DNA from: Alphaproteobacteria bacterium
GTDB lineage: Bacteria; Pseudomonadota; Alphaproteobacteria; UBA828
Assembly (NCBI GenBank): GCA_963667785.2
Contig: CAXXMU010000002.1
Location: forward strand, 736,001 to 800,000
Length of the DNA stretch: 64,000 nucleotides
Direction of reading: 5' to 3'
Of the stretch, positions 39,666 through 49,197 are shown piece after piece (positions within the stretch are counted from its first letter, which is position 1; every line of letters begins with the position of its first letter). The translations under genes were made by a program, and so were the position numbers. The notes under the pieces were generated by a model. That model was not told where the DNA came from, ran no database searches, and worked only from the letters and a program-made list of their open reading frames with translations.

Positions 39666-39811
39666 AGCGTGTCCGCTTTACACGGAAACGCTCTGGCCTC
39701 TTTTTCGCTCACGGCAGCCGACCTGCGGTCGGCGCCTGCGCGGGCGCGCCGCATAAGCGGCGGGCCGCAGTCGCGGCCTGTCGCGTATCCGTCAACGACG
39801 GATACGCTCTA
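39663..39811. mobile_element. RIME/CIR-like miniature palindromic element (MITE-like)
   Basis: Ends TAGAGCGT...ACGCTCTA are inverted; each end forms its own hairpin (agagcgt...acgctct; gcgtatccgtc-aac-gacggatacgc); the left end includes the mutL TAG stop. Confidence 0.55.
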
Positions 39812-39859
39812 ACCCGAACGTCTGAAGACACCACTGGAACGGGAGGAAGGACGAAGCCA

Positions 39860-40450
39860 ATGGAGAGAGACGCGCGATACCCGGACTACATCGGCATCTC
39901 GGACGTGAGCACGAAGTCCTTCGAGCAGATGCGCGTCGAAGGCAACTTCGAAGGCCAGCCGTCAATCATGTTCGACGAGCCGGAAGGGTTCGATATCGGC
40001 GATCCGCCCGATCTGCAGGGGCGCTCACGGGGCTGGACCCCGGTCCACGCCCAGCTCTGCGCCCTCGCCTCCTGCACCTCCATCACCGTCACCGTGGTGG
40101 CGCGCGATCAGGGGTTCAGGTATCGGGGCCTGAGGACCGACATCCGTTCTCTCATCGACATCCGCGGCTTCTTCTTCGATCTGCACCTGCAGCCCAAGTA
40201 CGAGCAGATCAACTTCGACCTCCACGTGGACACGCGGGAGAAGACGGACCGGGTCAAGGAGCTCGCCCGGGAAACGGACCGCCGCTGCCCCCAGATCGGC
40301 CTGTTCAGGATGGCCGGCATTCCCATGGTGATGAGCTGGTACAGGGAAGGCTCGAAGAGGCCGCTGTTCGTCGACCGCTTTCACATCGGCCGGGGCAGGA
40401 CGCCGGAGGAGAAGCTGATCGAGCGGCAGAAGAAGATCGACGGAACCTAG
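39860..40450 (+). CDS. OsmC/Ohr-like family protein
   Basis: DEP...G..P..LCALASC...RRCP two-cysteine pattern; GGAGG RBS upstream. Confidence 0.65.
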   Translation: MERDARYPDYIGISDVSTKSFEQMRVEGNFEGQPSIMFDEPEGFDIGDPPDLQGRSRGWTPVHAQLCALASCTSITVTVVARDQGFRYRGLRTDIRSLIDIRGFFFDLHLQPKYEQINFDLHVDTREKTDRVKELARETDRRCPQIGLFRMAGIPMVMSWYREGSKRPLFVDRFHIGRGRTPEEKLIERQKKIDGT

Positions 40451-40474
40451 GCCCTTCCTCGCCCTGCCCCCGCC

Positions 40475-41179
40475 TCAGTCGCCGAAGTAGGCCGCCGCGA
40501 TCTCGGGGGATTCGCGCAGCTCCTCGGGCGTCCTCGGCTCGCCGATGCGGCCGGTCTCTAGCAGGTAGACCTCCCGCGCGAGGCTCATGGCGAAGTTCAC
40601 GTTCTGCTCGGTGATCACGATGGTGAGCCCGAGCCGCTCGTTCAGGTCCTTGAGCACGGCGGCGATCTCGAGGCATACGCGGGGCGCGAGGCCGAGCGTC
40701 GGCTCGTCCACCATGAGCAGAGTCGGGCTCGACATCAGTGCGCGGCCGAGCGATGCCATCTGACGCTCGCCGCCGGACTGGGTCGCGGTCTCCTGCTTCT
40801 GCCGCTCCTCGAGCCGGGGGAAGAGGTCGAACACGGTGCGCAGGTTGGCCTCGATCGCGTCCCGCTTGCGATAGGCGCCGACGAGCAGGTTCTCCTTCAC
40901 CCCCATGAAGGGGAAGAGGTTGCCACGCTCCGTCGCGTAGCCGATGCCGAGCCGGATGATCCGCGCCGGCGACATGCGGGTGATGTCCGTGTCGGCGAAG
41001 GTGATCTGCCCGCGCCGCCTCGTCAGGCCCACGATGGAATCGAGCAGGGTCGACTTGCCGGCGCCGTTGGGGCCGACGACGGCGACGATGCTGCCCGCCT
41101 CCACCTCCAGCGAGACGCCGTGCAGCGCCTGGGCCCGGCCGTAGAAGACATCGAGATCGCCGATGCTCAGGAGCGCCAC
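40475..41179 (-). CDS. livF: Liv-type ABC transporter ATPase
   Basis: GPNGAGKST, SGGERQM, DEPTLGLAP, EQN. Confidence 0.88.
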   Translation of the reverse strand: MALLSIGDLDVFYGRAQALHGVSLEVEAGSIVAVVGPNGAGKSTLLDSIVGLTRRRGQITFADTDITRMSPARIIRLGIGYATERGNLFPFMGVKENLLVGAYRKRDAIEANLRTVFDLFPRLEERQKQETATQSGGERQMASLGRALMSSPTLLMVDEPTLGLAPRVCLEIAAVLKDLNERLGLTIVITEQNVNFAMSLAREVYLLETGRIGEPRTPEELRESPEIAAAYFGD

Positions 41180-41200
41180 GATCCCCTCCCCTTCCCGCTC

Positions 41201-41938
41201 CTACTGCCCGAGATAGGCATCGCGGACCGCCTCGTCCTTCACCACCTCGTCGAACGTGCCTTCCGCAATGATGGCGCCGAAGGACATGACGATGACCCGG
41301 TCGACGAGCGGCGCCAGCGCGCGCAGATCGTGGCTGACGATGATGTAGGTGAGCCCGTCCCTGCGCTTCTTCTCCACCAGTAGCTCGGAGATCTGCGCGA
41401 TCTCCTTCAGGGTCAACCCCGCGAAGACCTCGTCGAGCAGCAGCAGCCTGGGCGAAACGGCGACGTTGCGCGCCATCTCAAGCCGGCGCAGGTCGCCCAT
41501 GGCGAGCTCGCTCGGCAGCCTCTCGATCTGCTCGTCGGAGAAGCCGACGCTGCGGCCGATCTCCGCCTCGGCCGCCTGGTCCGCTCCCTCGGCGACAAGC
41601 TTCCAGAGGTTGTCCGGCGCCATGCCGACACGGATGTTGGCGCCCACCGACATTTCGCCGAAGGGCTGGGGGACCTGATAGGTGCGCGCGATGCCGCGCT
41701 TGACCCGCTCGTGGGTGGGCACGCGGGTGACGTTCTCGCCCTTGAACCAGATTTCGCCCTTGGTGGGCTTGAGCTCCGCCATGATCATGTTGAAGACGGT
41801 CGTCTTGCCGGCGCCGTTCGGGCCGATCAGGCCGAGCGTCTCGCCCTCCGCCACCTGGAAGGAGATTCCCTGCACGGCGCGGATGCCGCCGAAGGTCATG
41901 TGCAGGTCGCGCACCTCCAGCAGCGGGCCTTCGGTCAT
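41201..41938 (-). CDS. livG: Liv-type ABC transporter ATPase
   Basis: FGGIRAV, GPNGAGKTT, RTYQ, LLDEVFAGL, AYLG. Confidence 0.88.
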   Translation of the reverse strand: MTEGPLLEVRDLHMTFGGIRAVQGISFQVAEGETLGLIGPNGAGKTTVFNMIMAELKPTKGEIWFKGENVTRVPTHERVKRGIARTYQVPQPFGEMSVGANIRVGMAPDNLWKLVAEGADQAAEAEIGRSVGFSDEQIERLPSELAMGDLRRLEMARNVAVSPRLLLLDEVFAGLTLKEIAQISELLVEKKRRDGLTYIIVSHDLRALAPLVDRVIVMSFGAIIAEGTFDEVVKDEAVRDAYLGQ

Positions 41939-42888
41939 CGCCGCCACTCCTGCACCTTGCGGCCGGCGTCGGCGATGATGGCGTAGATGCCTTCGGGCTT
42001 GACGACGTAGAGCACCAGCGCGATGCCGCCGTAGAGGAGATAGCGCTCCATGCCCGGCATCACCGGCCGGAGATACTCGAGCAGGACGGTCAGGAAGTAG
42101 GCGCCCATGATCGGGCCGATGATCGTCTCGGCCCCGCCGAGCAGCGCCGCGACCAGGATGGTGAAGAGGAAGCTGATCTCGAACATGCCGCGCGGCGCGA
42201 TCGAGCCGATGTAATGGACGTAGAAGGCGCCGCCGATGCCGGAGACGGCGGCGCTCACCGTGAAGGCGAAGAGCTTGAGCTTGGTGGTGTTGTGGCCGGT
42301 GCTGCGGACCGCCTCCTCGTTCATCCTGATGGCGCTCAGCGCGATCCCGAGGCGGGTGCGGATGAGGAGCCAGAGCACCACCCCGATCACGAACATGATG
42401 CCGAAGCTGAGGTAGTAGTTGTTCACGGCGCCGGAGACGATGCTCTCGAGGCCCGAGATGCCCCTGGTGCCGCCCGTGATCTTGGGCGCCACGACCTTGG
42501 TGAGCTGGTAGAGGATCTCCATGAAGGCGAGCGTCACCAGCGCGAAGTAGGTGCCGCGGATGCGCAGCGCCGGCAGGAAGAAGAGCGTGCCGCCCACCAT
42601 GGTCGCCGCCACCGCCGCCGGGATGCTGTAGTAGATCGGGACGTCGAAGCGGAAGCTCAGGATCGCCGTGGTGTAGCCGGCGATGCCGATGAGAAACGGG
42701 TGGCCGAAGCTGATGTAGCCGGTCCTGCCGGAGAGGAAGTCCCAGCTCATGGCGAACATCGCCAGGAAGTGGGCGAAGATCAGGATGCGCAGCGTGCCGG
42801 TGCCTACCACCAGCGGCAGCAGGCACATGAGCACGCCGAAGGCGAGCCACCAGCCGAGATAGCGCAGCGTCTCGCGGTCAACGGCCAT
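41935..42888 (-). CDS. livM: Liv-type ABC permease
   Basis: GYISFGH, RGTYFALVTLA, TGG..G, GPIMGA. Confidence 0.87.
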   Translation of the reverse strand: MAVDRETLRYLGWWLAFGVLMCLLPLVVGTGTLRILIFAHFLAMFAMSWDFLSGRTGYISFGHPFLIGIAGYTTAILSFRFDVPIYYSIPAAVAATMVGGTLFFLPALRIRGTYFALVTLAFMEILYQLTKVVAPKITGGTRGISGLESIVSGAVNNYYLSFGIMFVIGVVLWLLIRTRLGIALSAIRMNEEAVRSTGHNTTKLKLFAFTVSAAVSGIGGAFYVHYIGSIAPRGMFEISFLFTILVAALLGGAETIIGPIMGAYFLTVLLEYLRPVMPGMERYLLYGGIALVLYVVKPEGIYAIIADAGRKVQEWRR

Positions 42889-42891
42889 GGC

Positions 42892-43746
42892 TCAGAGCTC
42901 CGCCTTGCCGAAGAGGCCCTTGGGCCGCACCAGCAGCACCAGGATGATGAGCAGCATGGTGGAGACGCCGCGCAGCTCGGCCGCGATCAGGGTGGTCGTG
43001 ATCGTCTCGACGAATCCGATGATGTGGGCCGCGATCAGGCTGCCGACGATGCTGCCGATGCCGCCGACGATCACGACCGCCACCGAGATGATGAGCGGGA
43101 ACACCCACATGTGGGAATCGAGCTGGGTGAAGGTCGCGAAGAAGACACCGGCGATGGCGCCGAAGGCGCCGCTGAGCGCCCAGGTCACCATGCTGATGAC
43201 GCTGGGCTCAATGCCCGAGATCACCGCGCCCTTGCGGTCCATGGAGACCGCGCGGATGGCGCGGCCGAGATGGGTGTAGCGGACGAAGGCCATGAGGCTG
43301 CCGAGCACCACCCAGCTCACGCCGGTCGCCAGCAGGATGTTCATGGTGACCGAGACGCCCTCGTAGCGGAGCACGCCGCGAATCACCGGCCACATGGTCT
43401 TGGGTGCGGCGCCGAAGATCACCACGATCAACGCCTGCATGACGACGGCGAGGATCAGCGTCGATATCTCGACCGCGATCGGGTTGTCCTCCAGCCGGCG
43501 GACCAGGAACAGATAAGTGAGCAGGCCGAAGGTCACGCCCGCCAGGATCGCCAGGATGAAGCTTGCGAAGACCGGCAGCCCCGCCTCCTGGAGGGCCGCG
43601 TAGTAGATGTAGCCGCCGAGCATGATGTAGACGCCGTAGGCCAGGTTCAGCACCCGGCCGACGCTGAAGATCATGGTGAAGCCGACGGCGATCAGCGCGT
43701 AGAGGCCGCTGAGCACGAACCCCTGGATCAGGATCTGGAGCGCCAT
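42892..43746 (-). CDS. livH: Liv-type ABC permease
   Basis: YALIAVGFTMIF, LNLAYG, GRAIRAV, VGGIGS, RPKGLFG. Confidence 0.88.
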   Translation of the reverse strand: MALQILIQGFVLSGLYALIAVGFTMIFSVGRVLNLAYGVYIMLGGYIYYAALQEAGLPVFASFILAILAGVTFGLLTYLFLVRRLEDNPIAVEISTLILAVVMQALIVVIFGAAPKTMWPVIRGVLRYEGVSVTMNILLATGVSWVVLGSLMAFVRYTHLGRAIRAVSMDRKGAVISGIEPSVISMVTWALSGAFGAIAGVFFATFTQLDSHMWVFPLIISVAVVIVGGIGSIVGSLIAAHIIGFVETITTTLIAAELRGVSTMLLIILVLLVRPKGLFGKAEL

Positions 43747-43884
43747 CAGAGCTCGCTCGCGGGCCGTCGGGTCAGCGTTCGCACGGAGGCCGGGACGCTC
43801 CGATCACGGGCGACCCCGGCGCACTTCCAGCAAGGCAAACCGGGCGCGACCCGTATAGCCGCGCCCGGTGAGTGACTAGCCGAC

Positions 43885-45189
43885 CTACTTCAGCCAGTCC
43901 GGCACCTCGAACTCGCCGTTGGCGTACTTCGGCGGGTAGACGACCTTGGTGGAGCCATCCGAGTACCACTGGATGACCACCATCGACGGCGCCCCTTCAT
44001 CGTAGGGCGGGTTGATGTCGAACTTGATGTTGTGGGTGTATTCCCGCTGGGTGCGGGGCTCGATCTCGCCCGGCTTCCAGAAGGCGTAGCGGAGCCAGAT
44101 CTCGCCGTCCTTCTCGACGACGATATCGTCGTTCTCCATCTCGCGGACCCAGTCGTCGAGCGGCTCGAAGCCGCCGGCGCGCTCCGCCGCGGCGAAGGCG
44201 TTGAGCATCCCGTAGTAGGCGTTGAAGCCGTTGAAGTGCGGGAAGACCGGCCGCGAATCGCCGTACTTGGCAGCGTACCTGTCGAGGAAGTCCTGCGTGC
44301 GCGGGTCGATTTCCGAGCCGATGGAGGGCACCGGGCTCAGCGTCGAGATGCCGCCGCCGAGGCCGCCGGTATCGTCCCAGAACTCCCGGGCGAAGGCCGA
44401 GACGTTGATCCCGGTCATCGGCAACGGCACCTCGAGCTTCACGTACTGCGAGGCCGGCACCTGGCTGCGCACCGCCGCGATCGAGTAGATGAAGTCGGGC
44501 TCCGCCGCCACCGCTTTGTTGTAGATGGGGCCGAAGTCGACCGTGTTGGTGTCGTAGACGGTGTGACCGATGATCTCGATGCCGGCCTCCGGCGCGAGCA
44601 CCTGCTCGATCAGCTCGTAGACGCCGCCGCCGAACGCGGTGTCCTCCTGCAGAACGTACACCGTCTTCCAGCCCATCTTCTTGGAGAGCACGTCCTTGCC
44701 GAAGTCGACGTAGAGGATGGCCAGCGCGTAGTCGTTGGAGACGTTCATGAAGTACATCTTGTACTTCTCGTACTCCTCGACGACCTTGTCGATGATGCCG
44801 ACATAGGAGGTCCAGGTGTCGAGGGTCGGCGTCCGGTACTCCGCCATGCGCTCGAGCCAGCCCAGCGACACGTCGTCGATGCAGCCCGAGATGATGAAGT
44901 CGACGTTCTCGACCTCGTTCAGGTATTCGTAGGCCTTGATGCCCTCCTGCACGTCCTCGCGTGTGTCGGCCTTGACCAGCTCGATCATGCGCCCGCCGAG
45001 CACCCCGCCGGCCGCATTGATTTCCTCGATGGCGATCTCGGTGCCCCGGATCGTGCTCTTGCCCGTGTCGGTGTCGAACGAGCCGATATAGCCGACCTTG
45101 ATCGGGTCGGCGGCAGGTGCGGCGGTCGTAAGCGACCAGACGGCCGCCGTGGCGACTGCGGCGCCTATCAGCAGATGACGGACTTTCAT
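43885..45189 (-). CDS. Liv-type ABC substrate-binding protein
   Basis: Signal peptide, IKVG, EEINAAGGVLGGR.IEL, EDTAFG; first gene of the liv-type operon. Confidence 0.88.
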   Translation of the reverse strand: MKVRHLLIGAAVATAAVWSLTTAAPAADPIKVGYIGSFDTDTGKSTIRGTEIAIEEINAAGGVLGGRMIELVKADTREDVQEGIKAYEYLNEVENVDFIISGCIDDVSLGWLERMAEYRTPTLDTWTSYVGIIDKVVEEYEKYKMYFMNVSNDYALAILYVDFGKDVLSKKMGWKTVYVLQEDTAFGGGVYELIEQVLAPEAGIEIIGHTVYDTNTVDFGPIYNKAVAAEPDFIYSIAAVRSQVPASQYVKLEVPLPMTGINVSAFAREFWDDTGGLGGGISTLSPVPSIGSEIDPRTQDFLDRYAAKYGDSRPVFPHFNGFNAYYGMLNAFAAAERAGGFEPLDDWVREMENDDIVVEKDGEIWLRYAFWKPGEIEPRTQREYTHNIKFDINPPYDEGAPSMVVIQWYSDGSTKVVYPPKYANGEFEVPDWLK

Positions 45190-45721
45190 GACCCCAACCT
45201 CTCTTCGTCGTTAGCTATCTCCCGGATCGCACTACTGTAGCCCGGAACTCTCACAACTGTCATGGTCTGCGCGACGCGCCCCGCCCGGCGGGTGGGCAGG
45301 GTGCGGTGGTGGCTCCGACGAGCGCGCCGCTGCCTCACCTCGGCGAGACGAGGGGACGGAATCGCCGGAATCGGCGGGCGGGCTCGGGATCACACCTCGT
45401 GCTTCGCGGACTTGACCGCCGCGCGCCCGGACCCGACATGCATACATGTTCGGTGAACGACGACGGCAATCCGAGACCCCGCATGCGCCTGTTCGTGACG
45501 AGACGCACTGGCCGCACAACTCGCAGACCGAAACGCGGCATTGGGGCCCCGTTCTCAATTCGCTTTCTTGTATCGTCCGGTCGTGGCAGTCTTTTCATTT
45601 CGACCATCCTTGAGGTAGTCAATCCCGCACTGCTCACCGATCATGTGCGTCCCTTCGAATTGCGCGGCAGTTCCGGCGCTCGTACTGTGTCACGACTTCA
45701 GGTCCAAGGAGGCCACGGCTG

Positions 45722-47749
45722 ATGGCTGATTCGACCGAGGGTCTGGCATCCCAATCCCTGACGCTGCCCGAGGAGCTCATCCTGATGCTCCTCAACGACG
45801 AGACAGGCTACTTTCACCAGGTCCAGGGCTGGGAACTGAACTGCGCCGTCGTCGGCGCGGTACTGGCGGAACTGTCCCTCCTCGAGCGCATCGACACGGA
45901 CATGGAGTCGCTGCTCCTGGTGGACCGGACGGAAACGGGAAACCCGGCGCTTGATCCCATTCTGAAGGAAATCGCGGACGAGCCGGTTCGGCACAACGCC
46001 CAGTACTGGATCGAGCGACTCGCTGCCCATGCGGATTCGGTCATCGACCTGACTCTCGACCGCCTGGTCGATCTCAAGATCCTGAAGCACCACGACGGCG
46101 ATTTCTGGACCCTGGCCCCTACCAGCCGCTACTCCGACCAGTACGGCCACCTCGACGATGACACCCCGGATCAGTTCATCAAGACGCGCATCAGCGTCTA
46201 CATCTTCACCGAGGCGATCCCCGATCCGAGAGACATCATCATCATCTGCCTCGTCAATACCTGCGATGTGTTTCGCTTCATTTTCGACCTCGACGACGAG
46301 GCGGAGGAGCGCATCAAGTTCATCTGCAGAATGGACCTGATCGGCCGCTCCATCGCCGATGCGGTCGAAGCGAACATTGCCAGCCCGCTGCTTCGACACG
46401 CCGCCTTCACCAAGAAGATTCCGGTCGTTCCATGGCACAAGCTGCTGCTCAATCGACACATGCGCGATCGCAACATCCCCGGAATCTGCGCCGGGCTCGC
46501 GCAAGAGTACGGGCCGGTGTTTCAGATCCGTCCGCCGTTCGGCGAGACCGTGACCTTCCTGGCCGGGGCCGCCACCAACCGCTGGCTCCACCGCAACGGG
46601 CGGATGTACCTGAGATCCAAGGACTACTTCACCGATGTCGAGAAAGTCTACGGCGCCTCCGGGCTGATCCCCTCCCTCGACGGCGCCGATCACTTCCGGC
46701 AGCGCAAGGCCATGCAGCCGGGCTATTCTCGCGAGAGGCTGGAGGGAGAGCTGGACGCCCTCTACGGTCACATTCGCGCATTCATGGCGGATTGGAAGGT
46801 GGGCTCGACCCTGCCGGGCACCGCCACCTGCCGCCTCATGGTCAACGCTCAGATAGCGCCCGTCATTCTCAGCATCGAGGCACAGGACATCGTGGAGGAC
46901 CTGATCAAGTTCAAGGAGCGGGCGCTCACCACGCACGTCGCGAGGGTCCTGCCCAAATTCATGCTGCACACCCCGGGCATGAAGAAGCCTGCCAGGGCCA
47001 TCGAAGTGGCGGTGCAACGGATCCTGAACGTCCACACGCCCGCGCAGAGGTCCGGCTGCCCGCGCACCCTCGCGGACGACATGCTCAGCCTCCATGCCAG
47101 CGACCCGCAGTTCCTCCCCGAGTCGAACATGGCGTTCTATCTGTCGGCGCCCATGCTCGCCAGCATGTACCTCGGCGATGCGCTGGGCTTCGGCCTCTAC
47201 GCCATGGCGTCGCAGCCCGAACTCTACCGCCGGATTCGGGGCGAGGCCGATGCCCTGTTCGCCGACGGCGACCCGGACGGGGCGGCCTACACCAAGTCGG
47301 CCCTCGACGTCACGAACCGCTTCATCATGGAGTGCATGCGCATGTACCCCGTGGTGCCCGCGTCGATTCGCAACGTGATGAACTCGTGCGTCATCGAGGG
47401 CTACCAGCTTCCGGTGGGGGCACGCATCGTCATCGCCCAGACGGCCCCGCACTACATGAGCGACGTCTTCCCGGAGCCTTACAAGTTCGACATCGACCGC
47501 TACCTGCCGCCGCGCAACGAACACCGCAGCCCCGGATACGCGCCTTACGGGCTCGGCACTCACATGTGTCTCGGCTTCCGCTGGATGGAAATGCAGCTCA
47601 CCGTCAATCTGCTGATGATCGCGCGCTACTTCACGCTCGAGGTGTCGCCGAAGAACTACAAGCTCCGGATCAACCCGTTTCCGTCGATGTCTCCGAACAG
47701 GAAGCTGAAATTCCGCGTCGCCGAGCAGGCGCGCGAGCTGCCCGTCTAG
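45722..47749 (+). CDS. Fusion: N-terminal GPP34 (GOLPH3-like) domain + cytochrome P450
   Basis: N-terminal LTLPEELILMLLNDETG...GAVLAELSL..RI...LDRLV is GPP34-like; C-terminal YGPVF, LDGADH...RK, ECMR (ExxR), FDIDRY, YGLGTHMCLG (heme Cys). AAGGAGG RBS; single uninterrupted ORF. Confidence 0.82.
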   Translation: MADSTEGLASQSLTLPEELILMLLNDETGYFHQVQGWELNCAVVGAVLAELSLLERIDTDMESLLLVDRTETGNPALDPILKEIADEPVRHNAQYWIERLAAHADSVIDLTLDRLVDLKILKHHDGDFWTLAPTSRYSDQYGHLDDDTPDQFIKTRISVYIFTEAIPDPRDIIIICLVNTCDVFRFIFDLDDEAEERIKFICRMDLIGRSIADAVEANIASPLLRHAAFTKKIPVVPWHKLLLNRHMRDRNIPGICAGLAQEYGPVFQIRPPFGETVTFLAGAATNRWLHRNGRMYLRSKDYFTDVEKVYGASGLIPSLDGADHFRQRKAMQPGYSRERLEGELDALYGHIRAFMADWKVGSTLPGTATCRLMVNAQIAPVILSIEAQDIVEDLIKFKERALTTHVARVLPKFMLHTPGMKKPARAIEVAVQRILNVHTPAQRSGCPRTLADDMLSLHASDPQFLPESNMAFYLSAPMLASMYLGDALGFGLYAMASQPELYRRIRGEADALFADGDPDGAAYTKSALDVTNRFIMECMRMYPVVPASIRNVMNSCVIEGYQLPVGARIVIAQTAPHYMSDVFPEPYKFDIDRYLPPRNEHRSPGYAPYGLGTHMCLGFRWMEMQLTVNLLMIARYFTLEVSPKNYKLRINPFPSMSPNRKLKFRVAEQARELPV

Positions 47750-47768
47750 CCCGGATTTCTCGCCAGGC

Positions 47769-49127
47769 TCACGCCTTCCTGAAGCGCCGGCCGTACATCG
47801 TGCGGCCATAGAAGTTGAACCACTTGCGCGCCTCGGAATCCTCGAACGGATAGTCCGCCCCGAGCTGCCTCGCGGTGACGAGGCCGGTGACGAAGCAGGT
47901 CTCCTGGCTGTTGACCAGAGTGTGGGCGCCGCAGTGCCACGTCCGCCGCTTGCCCTGAACGAAGCGGAACAGGTGGATCAGGATGGCCACGTGGGGCACG
48001 TCGTGCACGATGTGCTGAAACCACCACCTCTTGATGATCTTGCCTTCGTCGATACGGCTGATCGGGTTGTAGGTCACCAGGCACGGCTTGTCCGACCGGT
48101 GCACCCAGGGCTGCTGATTGTGCATGATGTAGGTGATCTCGTAATTGTCGGGTCTCGCCCCGTACTGCTCGATGTGATTGCTCCGCGTCGCGAGCGGCTC
48201 GACCTCGTTGTCGGGAAGAACCGACGCGTCGGAATGGACGACCGTGTGGTTGTGCAGCTCGCTCTCGTAGCGGATCGAAGAGAGAAGGCTGCTCTCCATG
48301 AAGGTCGGCTTGTCCAGCATCATCAGCGTCTGATTGGCGTTGCAGGCGAAGACGACATCGTCGAACGTCTCGGTCCCTCCGTTCTCGTCCTCCACGACGA
48401 CTTCGCCTGCGCGCCGATACACTTTCCGCACCGGTCGCTCGAGGTAGATCCTGTCCCGAAAGGCGGCCGACAGCGCCTCGTAGATGCGCCGCGTGCCCCG
48501 GTCCCAGGTCTGCATCGGCGTTGCGGTCTCGATATCGAAGAACTCAAGATAGCGGGAGAACAGGGACGCAGGCATGTCGAACACGTTCGTCGCCATCAGG
48601 AAATTGACGAACATCGGCTTCAGTATCTTGTACCTGAAGTCTCCGGAGTACCTGCCCAGATTGAGGATCGCGCCCATGCTGACGTAGTTGTACGGGTTGA
48701 AGGCGTTGAGCAATCTGGACTTGCTCCGATTGAGGCGGCCGAACCAGCGCAGGCGCCGCAGCAGCCGCTGGAACTTCTCGATCTCCGGCTGCAATTGCCT
48801 CCTGATGTCGGAGTCGAAGTCGTGCGCGTAGACGCCGCCGCGATACTTCACGCTGTAGCTGAACCTGGTGTCGATCAGGTCGATACCGAGCTGCTGCATG
48901 AGCAGGACGATGTGGTGGTACACCGAGGGAATGCACGCGGTGACGGAAATATCGAACGGAATCGAGGTGCCGTCGTCCTGCGGCATGTCGGCCGTGATGG
49001 CATTGCCGCCGACCTGAGCCTGCGCCTCGTACAGGCGAAAGTCGAATCGATCGGGGTGGCGATCGAGCGCCCAGGCCACCCCCAGCCCGGAGACCCCTGC
49101 GCCGACTATGGCAACCCGTCTCGGCAT
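47769..49127 (-). CDS. FAD-dependent oxidoreductase (COG2907-like, amine oxidase fold)
   Basis: VAIVGAGVSG, YEAQAQVGG, FDDVVFAC, VVHSDASVLP, TY.M, QGKRRTWHCGA...ARQLG. Confidence 0.8.
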   Translation of the reverse strand: MPRRVAIVGAGVSGLGVAWALDRHPDRFDFRLYEAQAQVGGNAITADMPQDDGTSIPFDISVTACIPSVYHHIVLLMQQLGIDLIDTRFSYSVKYRGGVYAHDFDSDIRRQLQPEIEKFQRLLRRLRWFGRLNRSKSRLLNAFNPYNYVSMGAILNLGRYSGDFRYKILKPMFVNFLMATNVFDMPASLFSRYLEFFDIETATPMQTWDRGTRRIYEALSAAFRDRIYLERPVRKVYRRAGEVVVEDENGGTETFDDVVFACNANQTLMMLDKPTFMESSLLSSIRYESELHNHTVVHSDASVLPDNEVEPLATRSNHIEQYGARPDNYEITYIMHNQQPWVHRSDKPCLVTYNPISRIDEGKIIKRWWFQHIVHDVPHVAILIHLFRFVQGKRRTWHCGAHTLVNSQETCFVTGLVTARQLGADYPFEDSEARKWFNFYGRTMYGRRFRKA

Positions 49128-49197
49128 CGCCGCGGGGCTTCGGTCGGTGACCCGCCGGCCGGGAAGGCGGACCGGAGCGACTCGAAGCGGACCTGCC

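Noticed and set aside
43840-43868. Hairpin ccgggcgcg...cgcgcccgg between SBP and permease genes
   Set aside because: Ordinary intercistronic stabiliser/attenuator typical of ABC operons.
45190-45721. Riboswitch, sRNA or small ORF in the 530-bp divergent intergenic region
   Set aside because: No recognisable aptamer consensus and the short ORFs lack coding features; an Rfam scan would be needed.
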